Assembly (NCBI GenBank): GCA_023247255.1
Contig: JAHFGV010000001.1
Location: forward strand, 22,464-86,463
Source of the DNA: Candidatus Omnitrophota bacterium
Lineage (GTDB): Bacteria; Omnitrophota; Gorgyraeia; Aquiviventales; Aquiviventaceae
Direction: 5' to 3'
DNA: 64,000 nt
A program made the translations under genes and the position numbers. Of the stretch, positions 57,421 through 64,000 are shown one piece after another. The notes under the pieces were generated by a model. The model was given only the letters and a program-made list of their open reading frames with translations, was not told the DNA's origin and made no database searches. Every line of letters starts with the position of its first letter. Position 1 is the first letter of the stretch.

Positions 57421-58641
57421 TTACGTTAGCCTGACCTTCACCGCATCGAAATGGCGCGGAAGGCCTTCGATGGTGGTTAACTGCTCCAGAGGCTCCCGGA
57501 ACCGCTCCAAGGCCTTTTTCGTATAGCTGATCACATGGGTACGTCGGATAAAGTCATCGAGACCCAATCCTGAGAATGCCCGGGCAGATCCTCCGGTCGG
57601 CAACACATGGCTGGGGCCAGCGATGTAGTCTCCCACAGTCACGGGTGAATAAGATCCCAGGAATATGGCGCCTGCGTGCGTGATCCGTTTGGCCAGCTTC
57701 TGCGGCGAACGCACCATGATTTCAAGATGCTCAGGAGCTAGGCTATTGGCGACGGCAATCGCTTCCTGTTGATTCTTGACGACGACGCAATAACCGCCGG
57801 GTATTTGTTTTCTCGCCATTTTGGCGAGTGCTTTGGAGGTTGTGATCAGAAATCCGAGTCCGCCGGCATGTTCTGTTTCTCCCAGAAGATCGGCCAACAC
57901 ATATTCCGGATTCGCGTGGCGGTCGGCAATGACTCCGATCTCAGAAGGACCGGCAATGGTATCGACGTCTACAAACCCAAAGACCTGGCGTTTGGCTTCC
58001 GCCACAAAAGCATTGCCGGGTCCGACGATCTTGTCCACCTTGGGGACGGTCTTCGTTCCAAAAGCAAAGGCTGCGATCGCTTGAGCGCCTCCCATTTTAT
58101 AGATTTCATCCACGCCCAGAAGACTCGCTACTGCCAAGATGTGCGGGTCGACGCTTCCATCCTTACGCGGAGGGGTCGCCAAGATGATCCGCTTGACGCC
58201 TGCTCTCTGGGCAGGAATCACCGTCATGTAAACGGTGGAAACCAGACTGGCGGTGCCACCCGGGATGTAAATGCCCACGCGCTCAATGGGATCGAATTTC
58301 TCACCCAGAAGCACCCCGTCTCCATCAACCAGCCGCACCGGCTTTAAGCGTGAACGTCCGTAAAAAACCTGAACGTTTTGTATCGCGCTCTTCAGACGCA
58401 GGGCAAATTTAGGATCCAAATGTTGAAAAGCTCCGGAAATCTCCGCCTCAGTGACTCGAAGTTGCTTAGAACTGAGCTTGACTTTGTCGAAGCGTCGGGT
58501 GTAGCGCAAGAGTGCTTCATCGCCATGTTTGTAGATAGAGTCAACGATGTCCCGGACCCGCTGTTCAATCCGTTGCTTGCGCACAAGCTGGCGCGTACAG
58601 AGTCGTTGCCATTCCTTGCTTGTCGTTGAGATGATCTTCAT
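57421..58641 (-). CDS. hisD: Histidinol dehydrogenase
   Basis: 406 aa, GPGNAFVAEAKRQV, zinc-binding motifs. Confidence 0.93.
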   Translation of the reverse strand: MKIISTTSKEWQRLCTRQLVRKQRIEQRVRDIVDSIYKHGDEALLRYTRRFDKVKLSSKQLRVTEAEISGAFQHLDPKFALRLKSAIQNVQVFYGRSRLKPVRLVDGDGVLLGEKFDPIERVGIYIPGGTASLVSTVYMTVIPAQRAGVKRIILATPPRKDGSVDPHILAVASLLGVDEIYKMGGAQAIAAFAFGTKTVPKVDKIVGPGNAFVAEAKRQVFGFVDVDTIAGPSEIGVIADRHANPEYVLADLLGETEHAGGLGFLITTSKALAKMARKQIPGGYCVVVKNQQEAIAVANSLAPEHLEIMVRSPQKLAKRITHAGAIFLGSYSPVTVGDYIAGPSHVLPTGGSARAFSGLGLDDFIRRTHVISYTKKALERFREPLEQLTTIEGLPRHFDAVKVRLT

Positions 58642-61361
58642 GTTGATTCCAACGCTTGTCGGATGAGTTCTTCGGCCCGTTTGAGGGCATCAGGGACCTT
58701 CGACACCTCGGTTCCTCCACCCTGTGCGAAGTCGGGACGTCCGCCTCCTTTTCCTTGTGTCAGGGCGGCTACTTGCTTCAAAAGCTCACCGGCATGCACG
58801 CGCCCAGCTAAACCTTTGGTCGTTGCACTAAGCCAAGATACCTGCTTGGGAGATTCTATTGCCGCCAATACCACGATGCCTTCTGTGTTTAGCGAGCGTT
58901 TGATGGCATCTGCCAAGACGGCCAAGATTTCACGGTCCGCTTGATCGATTTTTGCCGCAATCAGGCAGACGCCGTTAATGGATCTAGCTTCAGCCACGAG
59001 CCTGGGGGCGCGCACCTGAGCGAGCTCTGTCTGAAGGTTCTTGCGCTGTTTCTTGAGGTTTTTGAGCTGCTCCAGAAGCTCTTCAATGCCTTGAACGAGT
59101 TCCTGTGGAGACCTCCCCAATCGCTGCGCGGCTTGCGTCAACAACGACCGGTTTTGATGCTGGCGCTGCGATGCCGCTTCTCCGACTTCGGCTTCCACGC
59201 GCCGGGTTCCGGCGGCGATGGAACTCTCTGAGGTGATAACGAACGAACCGACGTATCCCGTGTGCAATAAATGGGTGCCGCCGCAGAGTTCTTTGGAGTA
59301 ATCGCCGATGGTAACCACGCGCACGTTTGCGCCGTATTTTTCACCGAAGAGCGCTAAGGCCCCGGTTCGCTTGGCTTGTTCCAGACTCATTGGGTTTGCG
59401 CAAACCGCATCGGCGAGCCGAATGCGGCTGTTGATTAGTTCTTCCACCTGGTAGCGCTGTTCTTCATGCAGACCTTTGAGGGATGAGAAGTCAAAGCGCA
59501 CCCGCTCGATCTCGACGTAAGAACCCGCTTGCACCGTCTCAGGGCCTAAAACCTTACGCAGTGCCCAGTGAAGCAAGTGCGCGGCCGTGTGACTCCGTGC
59601 AACCTTCAGACGTCTTTCGGAATCGACGGATGCGCGCGCCGGATTCTGCACGGCAATGCTGCCTGTGCGGATCGTGGCCTGGTGCAGCAACACGTCATCG
59701 ACCCATGTCGTCTTTTGTATTTCAGCCATGCCTCGAGGGGTCTCCAGCACTCCAGAATCTCCGATCTGTCCTCCCGCCTCGCCGTAAAAGGGGGAGTGAT
59801 TCAAGACAATACCCACCTGCTCTCCGGCGTGAGCTTCGTTGATCCACTGGTTTCCATTCCATATCCCACGGATGATAGCCTCGGCCTTGAGGTTTTCATA
59901 GCCGATGAACTGAGCGTCTTTCGAGGGAAGATCGGGAATCATCGAACGCACAGATAGCTCGTCGCTGACGAACACCCCCCCGCTAAACTGACTCGCCGCG
60001 CGTGAACGTTCTTGTTGTACGGCCAAAGCCTTTTCAAACGTCGCTTGATCGACGGTAAGGCCATGCTCATGAGCGATATCGATTGTTATCTCAAGCGGAA
60101 ACCCGTGAGTGTCATAGAGCTTGAATGCCTCTTCCCCTGAGAGGGTTTTCTGTCGTAACCGCTTAAGTTCTTGAATGAGATTTTGCAAACGGTTCTCCCC
60201 ACCTTCCAAGGTTTCCGCGAACTGCTTCTCTTCTTGATACCAGGCTTGATAGATGGACTCGTCATTTTTTAATAAATCCTCATGCGGTGAGCCTTTCATA
60301 GTATCAATAACTGCTTGAATCAAATCCCATCTGGCAGTCCGCGTCTTGTCCCGTAGTGCTGCAGAACCCTCCGGCAATCCGAGTTTTCGCGCGAAGCGAT
60401 GAGCTCTTCGGATGAGCATTCGAAGAACATAACCACGCTGTCCATTTGATGGTGAGAGTCTTTCGGCCAGCAGAAACACGATGGCACGAAAGTGATCGGC
60501 CAAGGCCCACTCCAGAATCACCTTTTGATCGACATCTGCAGAGGATACAGTTAGTCTGGGTCGAATTTCTCCAATGATAGGTTCAAATAAATCGGTTTCG
60601 TAATCACTGAGGATTCTCCCTTGTGCCAGTCCTTGGACTACAGCGGTCAATCGCTCCAGGCCCATTCCGGTATCGATGTTGGGTTTGGGCAGGGGCTTCA
60701 GGCTGCCGTCCGGCTGGCGATCGTATTGAGTGAAAACGAGGTTCCAGACCTCCACCGATTTCGGACCTTGGACTATGGCCTCAGGATCATAATAAATCTC
60801 CGAGCAAGGCCCGCAAGGGCCGTTGGGTCCTTCTTTGGGGGCGTTGGCCGGCCAGAAATTGTCCGCCTGGCCAAAACGACGGATCCGATTCTCGGGAATC
60901 CCAAGTTTGCGCCAGAGCTTGAAGGCTTCCTCATCCTCTTCGTAGATACTGACCCACAGTTTTTCCGCAGAAAGACTGAGGCATAAATCCCGAACAGGGC
61001 TGGACTGCTTGCCGGCATAGTCGAGAGTGCCGGTCAGAAATTCCCAGGCCCATTGGATGGCCTCTGCTTTGAAATAGTCCCCGAATGAAAAGTTGCCGAG
61101 CATTTCAAAGAACGAATGGTGGCTGGGAGTCTTGCCTACTCTTTCCAGATCCCCGGTCCGAAGGCATTTCTGGCAGGAGACGGCGCGCTTCAAGTCAGTA
61201 CGTTTTCCGAGGAAGTAGTCTTTAAACTGGTTCATCCCTGCGGACGTGAACAAGACGGTGGGATCTCCACTAGGAATGAGGGAATCACTTTCTTTTCGAA
61301 TGTGTCCGTAGGCCTCGAAGAACTTGAGGAAGCGCTCACGCAGATCGTTACTCTTGATCAT
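58638..61361 (-). CDS. alaS: Alanine--tRNA ligase
   Basis: FTSAGMNQFKDYFLGK; 907 aa. Confidence 0.96.
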   Translation of the reverse strand: MIKSNDLRERFLKFFEAYGHIRKESDSLIPSGDPTVLFTSAGMNQFKDYFLGKRTDLKRAVSCQKCLRTGDLERVGKTPSHHSFFEMLGNFSFGDYFKAEAIQWAWEFLTGTLDYAGKQSSPVRDLCLSLSAEKLWVSIYEEDEEAFKLWRKLGIPENRIRRFGQADNFWPANAPKEGPNGPCGPCSEIYYDPEAIVQGPKSVEVWNLVFTQYDRQPDGSLKPLPKPNIDTGMGLERLTAVVQGLAQGRILSDYETDLFEPIIGEIRPRLTVSSADVDQKVILEWALADHFRAIVFLLAERLSPSNGQRGYVLRMLIRRAHRFARKLGLPEGSAALRDKTRTARWDLIQAVIDTMKGSPHEDLLKNDESIYQAWYQEEKQFAETLEGGENRLQNLIQELKRLRQKTLSGEEAFKLYDTHGFPLEITIDIAHEHGLTVDQATFEKALAVQQERSRAASQFSGGVFVSDELSVRSMIPDLPSKDAQFIGYENLKAEAIIRGIWNGNQWINEAHAGEQVGIVLNHSPFYGEAGGQIGDSGVLETPRGMAEIQKTTWVDDVLLHQATIRTGSIAVQNPARASVDSERRLKVARSHTAAHLLHWALRKVLGPETVQAGSYVEIERVRFDFSSLKGLHEEQRYQVEELINSRIRLADAVCANPMSLEQAKRTGALALFGEKYGANVRVVTIGDYSKELCGGTHLLHTGYVGSFVITSESSIAAGTRRVEAEVGEAASQRQHQNRSLLTQAAQRLGRSPQELVQGIEELLEQLKNLKKQRKNLQTELAQVRAPRLVAEARSINGVCLIAAKIDQADREILAVLADAIKRSLNTEGIVVLAAIESPKQVSWLSATTKGLAGRVHAGELLKQVAALTQGKGGGRPDFAQGGGTEVSKVPDALKRAEELIRQALEST

Positions 61362-61944
61362 CGAAGGAAGATCGCGTTTGAGTCGTTTCGTTGAGGATGC
61401 GTTCGATCAATTCCGCTTCGAAACCACGCGAAGCGAGGCGTCTGGCTAATTGGGAACGAAGGGTAGCGTCTGCAGCTTTGATACGCGAAGCGGCAATGAG
61501 TTGGCGAGCCCGAGCTTCATCCTGAACCTGCGCTCCCACGGTTTTTGCCACGACCGCGATTGTATCTTCCCCAAGACCTCTGGCCCTGAGTTTTTCCCGG
61601 ATAGCTCTCCATGCGTAGCCTTGACGTGCCCAGTGCTCGGCCCAAAGTTTGGTAGCGGCAGCGTCGTCGAGCCACCCGCCTTGTTGACAGATTCGGATAG
61701 TTTCATCCGTCTCTTGGGGTGAATAGCATCGACTCAGAAGGTGGGTTCTCACTTCTTGGATGGAGCGGACCCGATGACGGATAAAACGAGCGATGGCCGG
61801 CGGAAGTGTGCGGCTCGTGTCTCGACTATATTGAGTTACATGCTGTTTGGATCGCTCGGTACTAGCACTAGAAGGCTGCTGAAAAAGGTGCATCTGCTGC
61901 GTTGCATGCCTTACGGCTTCGTCAGCGTACTTTCCAGTACGCAT
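61348..61944 (-). CDS. recX: RecX-like regulatory protein (start uncertain)
   Basis: Position between recA and alaS; helical repeats (GYLDD-like GGWLDDAA); longer than a typical RecX. Confidence 0.55.
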   Translation of the reverse strand: MRTGKYADEAVRHATQQMHLFQQPSSASTERSKQHVTQYSRDTSRTLPPAIARFIRHRVRSIQEVRTHLLSRCYSPQETDETIRICQQGGWLDDAAATKLWAEHWARQGYAWRAIREKLRARGLGEDTIAVVAKTVGAQVQDEARARQLIAASRIKAADATLRSQLARRLASRGFEAELIERILNETTQTRSSFDDQE

Positions 61945-62137
61945 CCTCAGCCGAATCGAGCTGCACCTTGCATCTGCGCCTTTTTCAGCAACCTGCTAGC
62001 GAAGTTGGGATTGCTATTTTCACTAGTCACTCGTGTTGTATCGAGTTTCATATGTTTGTGCCATGGGAGAACAGCAGACCTTTAATCTTCCCTAACACAT
62101 GATACATCGACCTGACACAGTACTTGCTAAGCACTGG

Positions 62138-63688
62138 TCACTGACCACTAGTCTTGATGACGACATACCCTCGAGTCGTTCTCACCAAGGCATTGTCTTT
62201 CACTGTGGCGATGGCACGCCGGTATTCGCTCACGTTGTTGATGCGGGTACGATTGATTTCGTTGATCAGGTCACCGGGGCGCAGGCCGGCTTCTTCCGCC
62301 GGACTGTTTTGCTCTATTTCAATGACCAAGATGCCTGTGGCATCTGCAGGCAGGTGAAAGCGCTCTGCATATTCGGCGGATAGGTCGCTGACTTTCAGGC
62401 CACGCCAGAATTCTGTAGTGCTCACTCCAGCGGTTTCTGCCAGATCACCGGGGCGCTCGCCGATTTTCACTTTCAAGGAAAGGGAGCGGCCTTCCCGGAG
62501 CACCTCCAGCTCAACCACGGTACCCGCGGGTGTGCGACTGACGCCCTCAATCAGCTGGCGCGAGTGACGGACGGGCTGATGATTAAAACTCTGAATGATG
62601 TCGCCATCCTGAAGACCTGCTTCCTTGGCCGGACTTGCCGGGAGCACCTGATAGATCAATACCCCCTCGCGTCCGGGTAGACCATAGAATTCGGCTACGT
62701 CCTGTCCCAGGTCCTGAATCTGGATGCCTAACCATCCATAGATGATTTCACGGCCCTCGATCAATGCATCAAGAATATCCTTGACCTTGTTGATGGGAAT
62801 CGCAAAGCCGATGCCTTCGTACCCTCGAGAACTGGTGAGGATGGCGACGTTGATTCCAATCACTTGCCCTTTTAGATTAAGCAGCGGCCCGCCGCTGTTT
62901 CCTGGGTTGATTGCCGCATCTGTTTGAATCAGTCCGGAATAGTCACGGTCGTATCGAGAGGCGCTGGGCAACTGACGATTCAAAGCGCTCACGATTCCCA
63001 CCGTCAAAGTGGGCTCAGTTCCAATGGCTTGAATCCCTGGGCCGGAACCCATCAAGCCAAAGGGGTTGCCAAGCGCCACCGCCCACTGACCTGTTTTCAC
63101 AGTGTTGGAATCCCCTAAACTTGCGACTGGCAGCTTCTGGGCGTTGATCTGAATCACCGCCAGATCCGAACGGCTATCCTTACCTTTTACGATTCCAGTC
63201 AATTCACGTCCGTCGGAAAGGGTGACCGTAATCTTATCCGCATCCGCCACCACGTGCTCGTTGGTTAGAATAAAGCCCTTGGGGTCGATGATGACCCCGG
63301 AACCCAATCCAAACCGATGGAATTCCTGCTGGGGGGTATTCCCGTAAAACTGTTGGAAGAATTCTTCAAACGGATCTCCATCCGGTCCGAAGAAAGGATG
63401 GACCCGAAAATATTGCCGGACGCGCTCAATCTGCTCGGTCGAGATACTGACGACCGCAGGACCCACCTGCTGACCGATCCGTATGAATGCTTGTTCCAAC
63501 GTTTCAGCCTCGCTGGGGGCTGCCTGAACAGTGGAGGAGATGCCGCTTCCATAACTTCCTGGGCTAAGGTTTGATGAAGCCTGCCGGGCACTGGGCCACA
63601 ACTGTGCAGGCAGGCTTAGCAGGGCGAAGCCACTTCCAAGTCCCAGGAAACTCAATCCGAATGCAGACCACCAGCGTCGTCGAGTCAT
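62138..63688 (-). CDS. htrA: Periplasmic serine protease HtrA/DegP (two PDZ domains)
   Basis: His (TNEHVV), Asp, GNSGGPLLN catalytic triad; two PDZ domains. Confidence 0.93.
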   Translation of the reverse strand: MTRRRWWSAFGLSFLGLGSGFALLSLPAQLWPSARQASSNLSPGSYGSGISSTVQAAPSEAETLEQAFIRIGQQVGPAVVSISTEQIERVRQYFRVHPFFGPDGDPFEEFFQQFYGNTPQQEFHRFGLGSGVIIDPKGFILTNEHVVADADKITVTLSDGRELTGIVKGKDSRSDLAVIQINAQKLPVASLGDSNTVKTGQWAVALGNPFGLMGSGPGIQAIGTEPTLTVGIVSALNRQLPSASRYDRDYSGLIQTDAAINPGNSGGPLLNLKGQVIGINVAILTSSRGYEGIGFAIPINKVKDILDALIEGREIIYGWLGIQIQDLGQDVAEFYGLPGREGVLIYQVLPASPAKEAGLQDGDIIQSFNHQPVRHSRQLIEGVSRTPAGTVVELEVLREGRSLSLKVKIGERPGDLAETAGVSTTEFWRGLKVSDLSAEYAERFHLPADATGILVIEIEQNSPAEEAGLRPGDLINEINRTRINNVSEYRRAIATVKDNALVRTTRGYVVIKTSGQ

Positions 63689-64000
63689 GCTTCAACACTC
63701 TCCATATTCGCCATCTGTTGTGCTGGGTCTTTGGGGGATTCCACGGGATGTCCGCTAGACTGTTTGCGTATGACATCTTCCATCTGGTGCATCAATTTTG
63801 GATTTTCTTTGAGAAACAACCGTGCCCCATCCCGGCCTTGACCTAACTTGATTTCGCCGTAAGAGAGCCAGGTTCCATGGCGTTTGACGATGTTTGAGGT
63901 TTCTGCCACGTCCAAGATGCTACCCGCTTTCGAGATCCCCTCGTCAAAAAAGATGTCAAATTCCGCTTGCCGAAAAGGAGGTGCTACTTTGTTTTTGACG
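63685..64000 (-). CDS. recA: Recombinase RecA, C-terminal part (5' end beyond window)
   Basis: [33 protein letters not shown]...[23 protein letters not shown]; ATGA-type overlap with htrA. Confidence 0.9.
   Translation of the reverse strand, partial: VKNKVAPPFRQAEFDIFFDEGISKAGSILDVAETSNIVKRHGTWLSYGEIKLGQGRDGARLFLKENPKLMHQMEDVIRKQSSGHPVESPKDPAQQMANMESVEA

Noticed and set aside
57769-58347. 192-aa plus-strand ORF
   Set aside because: Lies entirely antisense within hisD. Typical GC-rich antisense open frame.
1-64000. Search for rRNA, tRNA or tmRNA genes in intergenic spaces (e.g. 36076-36184, 40558-40673, 42491-42679, 61945-62137)
   Set aside because: No cloverleaf-compatible sequence with conserved GTTC/T-loop and anticodon arm features was recognisable by eye. 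Cannot be fully excluded without tRNAscan or Infernal.

Overview
Bacterial chromosomal window of moderately high GC. Almost every gene is on the minus strand; only the ExeA/ExeB pair (15.4-16.9 kb) is on the plus strand. From left to right the content is:

- **Beta-oxidation operon (1-7.9 kb):** fadD, acyl-CoA dehydrogenase, a D-2-hydroxyacid dehydrogenase, enoyl-CoA hydratase, 3-hydroxyacyl-CoA dehydrogenase, thiolase.
- **8-13 kb:** a cNMP-binding / patatin-like phospholipase with an unusual degenerate ParA-like middle domain; GDPD; a frameshifted DUF62 SAM hydrolase; PilZ; HIT; a HhH-GPD glycosylase; two mini membrane-peptide genes.
- **13.9-16.9 kb:** a degenerate ISAs1-family IS with a 10-bp target-site duplication; an orphan ExeA/ExeB (GspA/GspB-like) pair.
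- **17-31 kb, housekeeping genes:** aroB, nnr, a SPOR protein, plsY, der, pgsA, lepB, lepA, a phosphomannomutase, rpe, an M16 peptidase, ruvX, a GDP-mannose pyrophosphorylase-like gene.
- **31-58.6 kb, a trp/his supraoperon interrupted twice:** trpA, trpB ... trpC | island | trpD, trpG, trpE | ATPase + DUF4276 | hisI, hisF, hisA, hisH, hisB, hisD.
- **58.6-64 kb:** alaS, recX, htrA, recA (partial).

The most interesting feature is an AT-richer ~6.4 kb island inserted exactly between trpD and trpC (42.5-48.9 kb). It encodes:

- a TIR-domain protein;
- two PD-(D/E)xK nuclease-like proteins, each preceded by a paralogous 23-27 aa mini-ORF;
- a coiled-coil 2-TM membrane protein;
- an Xis-like HTH protein;
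- a Doc/AbrB toxin-antitoxin pair.

I read this as a candidate undescribed anti-phage defence locus. A second defence-like module, an ABC/AAA_21 ATPase plus a DUF4276 (TOPRIM-like) protein, is translationally coupled to hisI between the his and trp blocks.

The window is also full of small repeat families:

- a ~110-140 bp palindromic REP/MITE-like element (at least 6 copies) that sits in-frame inside der and the SPOR gene;
- an octamer-based palindromic element (2 full copies plus a half copy in-frame in hisF);
- a G-quadruplex-type G-rich motif inside hisH and in the hisB-hisH spacer.

No rRNA, tRNA or CRISPR array was recognised.
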